In this document: piece by piece, positions 53,953 to 64,000 of the stretch
Layout of the letters: each line of letters starts with the position of its first letter
Position numbering within the stretch: position 1 is the stretch's first letter
Origin: Histomonas meleagridis 2922-C6/04-290x
Lineage: Eukaryota; Protista; Parabasalia
Direction of reading: 5' to 3'
DNA length: 64,000 bases
Assembly (NCBI GenBank): GCA_020184695.1
Contig: JAANOX010000241.1
Coordinates: forward strand, 124,001 to 188,000
Translations under genes and position numbers: made by a program
Notes under the pieces: model-generated
Seen by the model: the letters and a program-made list of their open reading frames with translations, nothing else
Database searches by the model: none
Told to the model about the DNA's origin: nothing

Positions 53953-55083
53953 ATGTTGAAGAACGGTTCTTTTGTAAGTTCAAACCGCCATAATGGGATG
54001 AAGGGCTTCATGTTGACCTTTTGCCATGGAAAACTCATTAATATATTATATGTCACCTTGTTTACATTTACCTTATATCTTATTTGTATGAATATCATCA
54101 TCAAAGGAGTAAATTTTAGTACTATTATTAGAGTTAACTTATCAAAAACTAATAACAACTTTCTCGAACCAAAAATCGAAGGTCCCGACAATGTACATTA
54201 TGAAAATAACCAAAGCAAAATGCTCTTTATCATCCTTTCCATGCCCAGGGATGAAAAACCACCCTTTATGCATCAATTCTTTGTATCATCTTTAAATGAA
54301 CTCGCTGGTTATAAAGCGACCTATATAAACTGGAAGGATTTTAACACAACTAACGAACAAGACATTCCCAACCTTTCTCCACCACAGTATTATACTGATT
54401 TAGTTTCTACAATTCGAGTCACATCTACTTTTAACGCTAAAGACATTGATATTTTTCGAAAGACTTACTTTGCACTTTCGTACTTCTACTATGAAACCAA
54501 CTATAGATGGGTTCATAGGGGCACTGTTGATAACTCTATTAATGTTGGAATTCTCGATAAGTATTATGAATCACTTGAGGAAAAGTATGATCCCCTTAAG
54601 CAGCCTGTAATTCTTGGAGGGTGCATAAAGAACAGAGTTTTATCATTTCTTCAAGGCGGCTCTGGTTATTTATATTCACGTAAAGCTGTAGAACTAATTC
54701 TTCCGCATTACGAAAATATAATAAGGTCATGCGCATCACACGAAGATGTTTGCCATAATAAGTTCATTCAGTTCTTAAACATTTCGATTTACGATGCGTC
54801 TTCGACACACTTTTTGGGTCATAACTTCTTAGCAAATGACATAAAGCGTTTGATGGCTAAGTCATTCGACGATTTAGAGAAATGTCCAAAACTTAATGAC
54901 ATAAATGATACATTACAATGCAGAAGGTTCCATGCTCCAATTAACCAAATTGTGTCGTTGCATCAACATGCAAAAACAGTTGCAGAAGCTATCGAATTGT
55001 GCAGAAGTATATTTTCAGCAGACAATGAAATTCATTTTTATTTCCCTGAGGGATCAACTTCGCCGCAACTGTGTAGAGATTAG
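53953..55083 (+). CDS. Type II membrane glycosyltransferase-like protein (GT31/Fringe-like)
   Basis: N-terminal TM, YRWVHRGTVD, GGSGYLYSRKAV and EDV motifs. Confidence 0.5.
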   Translation: MLKNGSFVSSNRHNGMKGFMLTFCHGKLINILYVTLFTFTLYLICMNIIIKGVNFSTIIRVNLSKTNNNFLEPKIEGPDNVHYENNQSKMLFIILSMPRDEKPPFMHQFFVSSLNELAGYKATYINWKDFNTTNEQDIPNLSPPQYYTDLVSTIRVTSTFNAKDIDIFRKTYFALSYFYYETNYRWVHRGTVDNSINVGILDKYYESLEEKYDPLKQPVILGGCIKNRVLSFLQGGSGYLYSRKAVELILPHYENIIRSCASHEDVCHNKFIQFLNISIYDASSTHFLGHNFLANDIKRLMAKSFDDLEKCPKLNDINDTLQCRRFHAPINQIVSLHQHAKTVAEAIELCRSIFSADNEIHFYFPEGSTSPQLCRD

Positions 55084-55969
55084 AAAGATAATGATTAAGA
55101 ATTTGGACTTTTTGTAGAAAACAATCGGATAATACTGTGGTTTTGGGGATATAGAATGGGTTTGTCATGTCCGAAGTAATGTTAGAAATATAAATAGTAA
55201 AATGTTTGAATTTCTAATATGTTGCTATAAACGATCATTATCAACTGAACAAGTTGATGACCGATCATATTTTGACAACATTTCACGTGTGATAAAATTA
55301 TTGTTTTACCTGACATGTCAGCATCTACAAACGCAGCTGACGAATCTATCGTCTTTTTTTATTAGTATTAACGATTGAACTAGATTGAATAATTTTCATT
55401 ATTGATGACACTTTCCTCATTGAACGTTTATTTCGAAACTTTGGTCAATATCACTTTTGTAATATCGTCAATATATCATATTCTGGGTGATTTTTTCTTT
55501 TATTTTTCCATAATAAAATTAATGATTGTACTAGACAATATAAATTACTTGTTTGAATTGCTTCTATTGAAATCATAATGAAAATTCATTTGCAATAGAT
55601 ATAAATTTAACTACAAAATATTTGAATATCATAACTGAGAAAAATAGGAATATATTGAACGAATGACCTTCCTATAATACATTATAATTCAAGAAAAATT
55701 TGGTGATTGTTGGAATACATTAGTGCCTTTGTTCCATATGGTGTTCGGTGAACACTGTTCACAAAATTTGTGAATATATTTTCGAAGTTTTTAAATAATT
55801 TATTATTTTACTTTCACAATAGGTTTTCAATTATTACTTTTAAAATAATTTGAGTGATCATGGTCCAACAATACAACTTCATGAATAAAGCAACATTTGT
55901 TGTATTGAAGATTTGTCGTTAAATTAACTGTTTATTTTAGCAAAATTAGGGTAGATTAAATCCAAAAAA

Positions 55970-55972
<3 letters not shown>

Positions 55973-56006
<34 letters not shown>
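55973..56006. repeat. (TA)n microsatellite
   Basis: About 17 TA units; a shorter one lies at about 45892-45911. Confidence 0.95.
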
Positions 56007-56008
<2 letters not shown>

Positions 56009-57053
56009 CACCAATATGCTTATTATAATATATATATGCTTATCACCGTATTATTAATACTTGTGTATAATGGAGTATAAAATATGCTTATCATCAACTT
56101 TCCTCTAATATCTTATATGAGTAATTCAATTTTAAACAGAGAATAAAAAGATATTATAGATCCAAGTATATAATATATTTTTCAATTAAATAATTTTAAT
56201 AATTACGTTTAAATAGACCATAAAACAAATCAGAAAAATTGTGCAAAAATTTAAATCGTTTTAAATGGAGTTATTTATTATAAAACAAATCGTTCAACCT
56301 TTCTATGTTAAATTAAACATTCCCATTCTGAATATGTTCGAAAAAAATTATGCGATAATACGCACTCATAAGAATTTACATGTAATTCACCCTAAGCGCA
56401 TCATTAACATCAAGGAAGTCTCATAATACATAAAATCTTTAACATTTTTGTGAGAAATAATAAGTTTATACATGTTGTAAAGCATTAAAAAAGAACAGAT
56501 ATTTTGACACCATCATGTGCAAAAAAATTTCAAGTTGAATAAATCGTTGATATTAAAGGTTATTTAAATTGTTTGTTCAATTCGAGAACAAGGCAACAAT
56601 GATAGTACAATCAAGGAATTCATCAATCAACTTAAACTTTTTGTAAAATCTGACCGATAGAGAATTGATTGATGTTTGAATCATAAACGATTGTTTTTTA
56701 TTCAATTTAAATATCCAAAAACATATTTGATCAAATATGAGTAAAAACGAAAAAGAAAGTACAAACAGGGTTTAATAACACAAACCAACAACAGTTACAA
56801 AAAACATATTGCATATGATTTTCACATAGCTATTTTGTAATAATAGAACTTTTTTTCAATCGAAATTTGTTTCCGTGGAGTAAGAACACGCACATCCAAC
56901 ATTCCCATTTGCAAGTAAATTCAATGGATCCTAAACGTTATTTTGATTACGCAAAAGTGAACTTGCCAATGCGTCATGATTCAGATTGATTTACTCGTGA
57001 AAATAATTTAACACTAAATTCGCAAGCGCTGTGTTAACGCTATAATTTTTGTT

Positions 57054-57842
57054 CTATTTTTTAGAAATAAATGGAAAAATTGGATATCTGTTGAGCAACT
57101 CATACTTTGGCCATTTCTCAACAAAAAATGAGTGGCATAAGTTTGCCCTACGAACGAACAGATGCCAAAACCAAATGAGATATGAAAGGGATCCGAAAAA
57201 GTTAGAAATGAATAAACTGAATACGATCCAAAGAGAAAACTGGAGAAAATATTGAGGACATGTAATGTATTTAAACAAAAACATACTTTGGATTGCGTAT
57301 CCATCAATACCTTTGCGGCGACTTAGGCATATGATAAAATCGTGAATAATAAGGAGGATAAGAATGATAATGAAAAAACACCCAATAGTAAAACTAAAAT
57401 TATTTGACAAATTACGAGGCGAAATTACTAAAAGAGTAGCTATAGAAAATCCAAAATTACTATTTACAAGAAAATAGAATATGATAGTTTCTAAAGGCCA
57501 AGGACGAGAGTGTCTTGATCTAAAAATAGGATAAATGATAATTCTGTATAAATAATAAAGATAGAATAATTTCGATGGAAGTGAATGAAGATTTGTTTTT
57601 GCAATATGTTCATACACAAAATTAAATACCGCCGGTGCTGAAATATGTGATATAATAAAAGAAATACGATCTGGCATTTCAATCTTTAACATTGAAGTAT
57701 TTGGTGTATACAATTTACCATGTGTAACTCTTGCAAAACTTTTGTAAAATAAAATTAATATTGCAAGAGAAACTTGTACAACTGAGTGTAAGTAAAACAT
57801 TTTTAAACTTGAAAATACCTCAAGAAAAAGATTAAAATCCAT
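57054..57842 (-). CDS. Steroid 5-alpha-reductase / 3-oxo-5-alpha-steroid 4-dehydrogenase family membrane protein
   Basis: YLYRIIIYP, HDFII, GYAI...LFKYITCPQYF and RANLCH...KWPKY...RYPIFPFI motifs. Confidence 0.7.
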   Translation of the reverse strand: MDFNLFLEVFSSLKMFYLHSVVQVSLAILILFYKSFARVTHGKLYTPNTSMLKIEMPDRISFIISHISAPAVFNFVYEHIAKTNLHSLPSKLFYLYYLYRIIIYPIFRSRHSRPWPLETIIFYFLVNSNFGFSIATLLVISPRNLSNNFSFTIGCFFIIILILLIIHDFIICLSRRKGIDGYAIQSMFLFKYITCPQYFLQFSLWIVFSLFISNFFGSLSYLIWFWHLFVRRANLCHSFFVEKWPKYELLNRYPIFPFISKK

Positions 57843-58140
57843 TTTGATTAAACGGTCATAACCGTATTTTAGTTAACGGTTTCTATTATTCAGTAAAAAC
57901 ATGCGAAAACCATAAAGTAAATTTAAAAAGACTTCGGAATATTCGTATACAAACACATCTATGTCATTAATTGGAATTTCTTTACTGTGTTATTATATAT
58001 GTCTGGTATAATATTATTATGAATATTAGTTTTTGTATTAATTGAACCAATTATACGCATGAAATGTGTACATTTGGCCAATAATTCAATGCATAGCCAA
58101 AGTAAAATAAGTCATAATTGCATTTTAATGGCAAAAATGG

Positions 58141-58306
58141 TTCGTGGTGCAAAATCTTCGGTTAGACGGTTGGCATTTATTGACTTTTCTTTGTGGTTTG
58201 AATTAGTATTTGGTCGATTGTGACGGTAGGCCACTCAATCGTCGGTGAATGCCATTCAAACATCGACCGGTTGTAAAAAGGGGAATATTATGACATACTT
58301 TGCGAA
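58141..58306. ncRNA. Candidate structured non-coding RNA (unassigned)
   Basis: GC-enriched intergenic island with a 14-bp helix (58171-58184/58241-58254, three G-U pairs) and nested shorter helices. No family match recognised. Confidence 0.25.
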
Positions 58307-58513
58307 TATTTAGGTTAATATCGAAATAAATATAGAATGTATTGAGATTTTAAGTGGAGATATTAATGGGTAGTTTAAATTTCTTTCAAGATATACTGTT
58401 TGTTGTTCGAAACTTCGTTTTTTCGATTTTTTATTCCCCTATCAATACCAACGTTATTGAAAAATTCAATTATAACCGGTCAAAAACGTTTACACGATCA
58501 CTTCTCACATTAA

Positions 58514-59335
58514 ATGAAGATTGTCGAATTTCGTATCTTCATGCCATTCCAACTCCCTTGGTGCCGTGCCGCTTCGAAGTACGCAGTCAACAGGCGTACT
58601 ACTGAAGAATCTGGAGGAGGTGATGGATTCGAAATTGTTGAAGCTGATAACTTCGAAGAAAATGGACAAGTAGGTCGACATGTACATCGTATATTACACT
58701 TCAAAAATCAAGTACCTGCTGCAATTAGATGGGCAGTTCCAGAAAAGTATTCATCTATACATGAAGATAATCGTAACTGCTTCCCTCATTATCAAGCTAA
58801 CTTCTTTATACCAAACTTAGGTGATGACTTAATTTTTGATACCGAAACAAAGCATTTCGAATATGAAAAAGGTACTCCACTCGAAGAATTCCTTGAAAAC
58901 ACATTAAATAATGTTATGGGATTCAGCCAAAAAGAGCTTAAGAAAAGACAGATTGTATATTTAGATATATTAGATGGAAAAGAATCAAAAAATAAGCAAT
59001 TTGATATCCACGGATATTCCTTCGAAGAAGGAGGAATCCCACCATTCCCAACAAAGAAGTCACACAGCGACTCTTCAAAGCCTCCACATTGGCTTAAGGG
59101 TTACGATGGCCCTCTCGTATGCATTGTTAAAACTGTTAAGTTCAGGCTCAAATTCCACGGCATCCAATCGTTTGTCGAGAAATACGTCACTCAGACAATT
59201 ATGCCACAGACATACCTTGATACACACCGTTCAATGCTGATATGGATTAATGAATGGTTCCATATGAGTGAAGAGGATTTGATGAACCTTGAAAACAAAA
59301 CAAAGGATTCGCTTGCACAAAATACATACGAATAA
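58514..59335 (+). CDS. Phosphatidylinositol transfer protein (class I PITP)
   Basis: EFRIFMP, GGGDGFEIV, HVHRILHF...VPAAIR, IHEDNRNCFPH, YLDI, CIVKTVKF and HRSMLIWINEWF motifs. Confidence 0.88.
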   Translation: MKIVEFRIFMPFQLPWCRAASKYAVNRRTTEESGGGDGFEIVEADNFEENGQVGRHVHRILHFKNQVPAAIRWAVPEKYSSIHEDNRNCFPHYQANFFIPNLGDDLIFDTETKHFEYEKGTPLEEFLENTLNNVMGFSQKELKKRQIVYLDILDGKESKNKQFDIHGYSFEEGGIPPFPTKKSHSDSSKPPHWLKGYDGPLVCIVKTVKFRLKFHGIQSFVEKYVTQTIMPQTYLDTHRSMLIWINEWFHMSEEDLMNLENKTKDSLAQNTYE

Positions 59336-59773
59336 GGCCAATATTCATAAAGATTTTATTCAGAATTTAAATTTCAATATTTTAACCGTTTAATTTTGAT
59401 CATTGATCATTGAAATATTTCAATAGTTATTATTAAGTTTACAGTAAAAGTGCAATGGAACGCAGATTAGATCACATCACAAAATCTTTGCTGCTTTTCC
59501 AAAAATGTGATGAAATATGACATACGCAGCATACTACAGCCTTTTTAAGACGACCCATTAAGGGGTATACCAAAAAATTGGGCTTAATAATTAATGAATC
59601 GCTCCAAATATATCAAATCTAAAGGTGAAAACATAAGTAAAACTTTTGTGTTGTCGAAATTTTCTAATTGTTGCAATTATAATTAATATCAAAATGAGAA
59701 ATCAAATTGTTCTAAAATTAAATCACAAAAACAAAATCCTTCAAAGAAGATTTACTTAATTTTTTAAATCTTC

Positions 59774-62700
59774 TTATTCTTCCAAGCTTTCCTTTAGCTT
59801 TTGATAAAATTCGTCAAGTCCAATTTCTTCATTTTCCTCGGGTATACTTGATCTTTGCAATGACAATTCCCTAAATGATTCATTGATCAAATTTCCTATT
59901 TTTGCGATAAACTTTATTGCGTCTGATTTCGTTCTCAATGAAGATATCAAAGGGAAATAGAATCCTTGTAACTTACCATTTTTCCTTGCATATTTTGAAG
60001 ATTCTTCTTTTAATTTATCGAATACCCATTCAGCGTTTGAAGTATTCCAATCCAACCCATAAACATCAGCAACCTCGATAAGCATATGTTCTCTTGTGTA
60101 TTTCAACAAATGTTTACATGATTTAATTGACTTAACCCATTTTTCTTCAATATAATCAGTCCATGTATCAACAACAAATAAATCGGCACTTGAAAACTTA
60201 TCATTGATATCATTCTTTTGTGCTGCTTGTAATGAAATCTTCTCAGCTATAGGTAAATAAAAACTTGTTAAATCAAGTAATTCATTCATTCCAAATACAC
60301 ATATCTTAATACCTTCTTGAAGTTCTTCTTCAACTGAATTCGTTTCAACACATGCGATTTTCTCTTCAATTAAGCGTTCTCGTTCATCATCAGAACAACT
60401 CATTAAATCAGTATATGAAGGAACTTTAAAATCAAACATTACTCCATCTCTTAAATAAAGATAAAGATCAGAATTCATTTCGATACATTTGCTTAAAACA
60501 ATAATAATTGGAATATTTCTTTTCTTAAAGAATAATATTAATTTCTTATCAAGTTCTTGAAGACGTTTTGATCCAGAATTTACAATATACCAGACAACAT
60601 GAATATGTTTAGAAGCATTATCTGAATCTTCATTTCTTCGATATATTAAATATTTAATGTCGTCAACATATTCAGGTTTCCCTAATTCGAAACCAACAGT
60701 ATCAAATATATTAAGTGATGACTTAGGTAACTGATGTTTTGTTAAACAATCAGTGACTGCTTTACCACAACCTGCTTTACTAATATCATAACCAAATAAT
60801 CGATTAATTAAACTTGATTTCCCAACACCTGATTGACCGATAACTAAAATATTTAAAAGTTTTAAGCGACTTCCACTTAAAGCTTTTTGTAACGCAGGTA
60901 AATGACTTTGTTGTTCTAATTTCATTTTCTCGATAAGTACTCTATAATCAGGAATATAATATCTTAAAAGATCAATTAATTGTGGTACACCTGTTGGTTG
61001 AATAAATCTTTTTACTGGTCCACTATCTATATACATTCCTTTAGCTAAAACACTAATTACGCAAATGTTTTTCATAAGTTCTAATGATAGCTTCCCGACG
61101 CCCATTTTTTCTGCATTTTTTATATCTTTATATGTCGGTATATTATAATCATTTTTAATTGATTGTTCCAAATTGTTGTTTTTTGAGATTTGTTTGGTTA
61201 CAATAATTATAACTGGAATTCCCATTTGAGCAAATCCTTCAATAATTGCAAATTCTGTTTCGACTAAACGTGAGCCAGTACTATTTGAACAATATAATAT
61301 CATATGAATTAAATCTTCTTTTTTACCTGTTCGTTGTCTTCGAGTGATTTCAGTTTCAATTTGACTCTTATTAACTAAAAATTTTTCATGTTCATATCCA
61401 CGCGTATCAATTAAAGTAACAGGATAACCTTTTAATGGATATTCAATGATTCCCATTGTACAACTTTGTGTTGAACTTTCGATTGCTACACTTTGTCCAA
61501 AAAGTGCATTTGAAAATGCATTAACTAATGATGATTTACCTGCACCTGTTTGACCAATGATTAATATATTTAAATGGGAATAACCTCTACTTGCTTGTGC
61601 ATCAACAAGTTCATTAAGATCAATCTTTTCATATTGTTCAACATTTGAAGCTTTGAATATATCTTCTCTTTCTTTTATCAGTTTACGAATTACAGAACCA
61701 TTACCAATATATTGTATGTTCTTTTCTAATAATGATGATATGGATTCACCAAATTGTGACTTTTGTGCTCCTGAAGTAAAATCAGGTATAATACACATGT
61801 CATCCATATTATTTCCACTTTTGTTTAATGCCATGCTTTTATTCATTTGTTGTTCAAGTTCTTTAATATTTCGGATCTTATTATAGATTGAAAATGTTTG
61901 AATTTCCATTTTATCTTTAAGTAATTTAATTGCTTTCTTCATTTGGATGCATGGACCACTTTTCTCTGTGATTGCCCAACATAAAGAAAATTGAACATGT
62001 TGTGATACATTTTCAACATCTCGCATGAAATCTTCAGCTTTAATAGTTAAGAAAGAACGATCATATCGAGCAAATGTAAGCGAAAGATTGAATTTTTCGA
62101 TAAATTGGAATGGTTCACCTGGATTAATTTCAGTTTTAGTTGATTCTTTGTTTAATAATACAGTATCAATAATGGTGGACTTACCAACTCCTGGTTCCCC
62201 AATGACTAAAATATAATAATGACTTGAGTCCGAATTTGATTTCTGGAATTTGGGAATTATTGATTTCATTGTTTTAAATAAAGACTTCTTTGACGTTTTA
62301 TCAGAGTTTGCCTGTTCATCTTCTTTTTGTTGATAGACACTTGTGCTTGTTTGATATGCGTTTTGTTGTTGATATGTCCTTTGTGTTTGTGGTGGATATC
62401 TTTCTTGCGTTTGTGGTGGATATCTTTCTTGTGTTTGTGGTGGATATCTTTCTTGCGTTTGTGGTGGATATCTTTCTTGTGTTTGTGGTGGATATCTTTC
62501 TTGCGTTTGTGGTGGATATCTTTCTTGTGTTTGTGGTGGATATCTTTCTTGCGTTTGTGGTGGATATCTTTCTTGTGTTTGTGGTGGATATCTTTCTTGT
62601 GTTTGTGGTGGATATCTTTCTTGTGTTTGTGGTGGATATCTTTCTTGCGTTTGTGGTGGATATCTTTCTTGTGTTTGTGGTGGATATCTTTCTTGCGTTT

Positions 62701-63769
62701 GTGGTGGATATCTTTCTTGTGTTTGTGGTGGATATCTTTCTTGCGTTTGTGGTGGATATCTTTCTTGCGTTTGTGGTGGATATCTTTCTTGTGTTTGTCG
62801 CTGATATGAATTTGATGTTTGGCTTTCTGTATTTTGCTGTTCATACCTTTGTTTCATTTGTTCAATTATGCTTCCTTTTCTTTCAACACGTGCTTGTGGC
62901 GCTTGATTATTTTGTTCTTGTTGGAATTCTTCTTTTCTTTGAACAGGTGGACTTGGTGTTTTTCTTTGTGATTGCTGATAAGCAGCAGGTTGTGGTGGTT
63001 GATACACAGTTGGTCTTTGTTGTTGGTAAGCAGCTGGCTGTGGTGGTTGGTACACAGCTGGTCTTTTTTGTTGATAAGCAGCAGGTTGTGGTGGTTGATA
63101 TACAGGTGATTTTTGTTGTTGATATGCAGCAGGTTGTGGTGGTTGATAGTTACCACTACCTGGACGTGATGATGATGTATATTTTGGTGTGTTACTTTGT
63201 TCTTGTTGCTCGAACTTAAGTCTCAACTCCTCAATTTTAGTGCTTTTCCTTTGAGAAGATACATTAGTTACCGCACGTGGTCTTGCCTGAACATTATTGA
63301 CACTATTTGCTGAATTTATAATATTAATTATACTTTGGATGCTATTCTTGTTATTCATTGATTGAACTATGAACACTTGTTCTTCTTGACCAAATTCATT
63401 TAAAATTTGTTGTTGTAACTTTTCTTGGTTTCCGTCTAATTTCGTTATTACATATAGTACTCTCATCCTCTTCTTAAGTGCTTGTATCATTTGTGCATAT
63501 TTTGTTATGTCACATGAAGCTGTGACAACATAACAACATACTTCGCATTTAAGGTCCCTTGGTAAGCTTTCATAGTCACTTTCAAAGTGTGAAACATTAT
63601 TAGAACTATATGTTAAGAACACACGTGAGTTGTTTTCATCTTTATAAACTTCAAAGTCACATTCGTCTATAGGTTCTATTTCCGGGTTGCTTAACATACT
63701 GTCCAGGAATTGATTTATTTGGCGAGGAATAGGTCCGGTAATCAACACATTTTTAACAGCCTTTTTCAT
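59774..63769 (-). CDS. Multi-GTPase protein: degenerate N-terminal G-like domain, Pro/Gln repeats, three tandem P-loop G domains
   Basis: GEPGVGKS; GQTGAGKS...DTRG; GQSGVGKS...DTVG (TRAFAC, AIG1/septin/MMR_HSR1-like). Confidence 0.8.
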   Translation of the reverse strand: MKKAVKNVLITGPIPRQINQFLDSMLSNPEIEPIDECDFEVYKDENNSRVFLTYSSNNVSHFESDYESLPRDLKCEVCCYVVTASCDITKYAQMIQALKKRMRVLYVITKLDGNQEKLQQQILNEFGQEEQVFIVQSMNNKNSIQSIINIINSANSVNNVQARPRAVTNVSSQRKSTKIEELRLKFEQQEQSNTPKYTSSSRPGSGNYQPPQPAAYQQQKSPVYQPPQPAAYQQKRPAVYQPPQPAAYQQQRPTVYQPPQPAAYQQSQRKTPSPPVQRKEEFQQEQNNQAPQARVERKGSIIEQMKQRYEQQNTESQTSNSYQRQTQERYPPQTQERYPPQTQERYPPQTQERYPPQTQERYPPQTQERYPPQTQERYPPQTQERYPPQTQERYPPQTQERYPPQTQERYPPQTQERYPPQTQERYPPQTQERYPPQTQERYPPQTQERYPPQTQERYPPQTQRTYQQQNAYQTSTSVYQQKEDEQANSDKTSKKSLFKTMKSIIPKFQKSNSDSSHYYILVIGEPGVGKSTIIDTVLLNKESTKTEINPGEPFQFIEKFNLSLTFARYDRSFLTIKAEDFMRDVENVSQHVQFSLCWAITEKSGPCIQMKKAIKLLKDKMEIQTFSIYNKIRNIKELEQQMNKSMALNKSGNNMDDMCIIPDFTSGAQKSQFGESISSLLEKNIQYIGNGSVIRKLIKEREDIFKASNVEQYEKIDLNELVDAQASRGYSHLNILIIGQTGAGKSSLVNAFSNALFGQSVAIESSTQSCTMGIIEYPLKGYPVTLIDTRGYEHEKFLVNKSQIETEITRRQRTGKKEDLIHMILYCSNSTGSRLVETEFAIIEGFAQMGIPVIIIVTKQISKNNNLEQSIKNDYNIPTYKDIKNAEKMGVGKLSLELMKNICVISVLAKGMYIDSGPVKRFIQPTGVPQLIDLLRYYIPDYRVLIEKMKLEQQSHLPALQKALSGSRLKLLNILVIGQSGVGKSSLINRLFGYDISKAGCGKAVTDCLTKHQLPKSSLNIFDTVGFELGKPEYVDDIKYLIYRRNEDSDNASKHIHVVWYIVNSGSKRLQELDKKLILFFKKRNIPIIIVLSKCIEMNSDLYLYLRDGVMFDFKVPSYTDLMSCSDDERERLIEEKIACVETNSVEEELQEGIKICVFGMNELLDLTSFYLPIAEKISLQAAQKNDINDKFSSADLFVVDTWTDYIEEKWVKSIKSCKHLLKYTREHMLIEVADVYGLDWNTSNAEWVFDKLKEESSKYARKNGKLQGFYFPLISSLRTKSDAIKFIAKIGNLINESFRELSLQRSSIPEENEEIGLDEFYQKLKESLEE
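62390..62797 (-). repeat. 24-nt coding tandem repeat QTQERYPP x17
   Basis: 408 nt = 17 x 24; the only variable site is a synonymous Thr ACA/ACG. Confidence 0.95.
62975..63146 (-). repeat. 36-nt coding repeat (YQPPQPAAYQQ-type), about 4-5 copies
   Basis: Imperfect tandem units in the same ORF. Confidence 0.85.
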
Positions 63770-64000
63770 GTTTCTAAAGTGAGATGTGGCATTTATTTTT
63801 CGCAGTGAACCTCCAATTACTTATCAATTTTGATATTATTTTGCTTTTTCATTGTTTTTAATTAATGAATAACCAATATCATCTTTTGGTCGCTGGCCCA
63901 AAAAGTTCTGGGAAAGAGAAGATATTATCTTCTCTACTTGATATTCCCATTGAACAGTTTAATAATGCTCTTCCTTTCTTTGAAGTAAGCAAAAACAACA

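Noticed and set aside
62266-63219. Repetitive + strand ORFs (KKDIHHK, VVDIFL, WWISFL)
   Set aside because: Antisense readings of the QTQERYPP repeat in the minus-strand GTPase ORF.

Overview
AT-rich, gene-dense eukaryotic DNA that looks parabasalid (trichomonad-like). The evidence is BspA-like LRR surface proteins, DUF3447-type ankyrin genes, TCAYW initiator and Myb-type promoter motifs, and almost no introns. Housekeeping genes include adaptin subunits (AP-4 epsilon-like, AP-3 beta-like), RPL7A, RPSA, eIF6, SRP19, Kish (with a 23-nt GT-AG intron), a HECT E3, Mis12-like (duplicated), SF3B4, V-ATPase A, a DH-PH-FYVE protein, CHMP1, prefoldin 5 and PITP. There is also a tRNA-Gly(GCC) and a decayed Mutator-like transposon with 32-bp TIRs. 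Main discovery: at three ankyrin loci (20.4 kb +, 24.5-26.7 kb +, 42.3-44.5 kb -), every intact repeat junction is interrupted by an 80-nt block at the D-x-x-G-x-T beta-hairpin. Each block resolves into a strict 20-nt grid of four 17-nt T-rich spacers, each followed by one codon. Removing the 52 spacers in 13 arrays restores typical ankyrin hairpins (e.g. NAKN-KDGR-TSL, NTKD-DYGR-TAL, NAIN-RDGW-TPL). Gly occupies slot 3 in 11 of 13 arrays and no slot codon is a stop. No spacer ends in AG. This points to a ruler-like, non-canonical processing system (splicing, RNA deletion editing or ribosome hopping) acting around single-codon microexons. The grid is directly visible in the sequence; the mechanism and its novelty are inferences that I could not test here.
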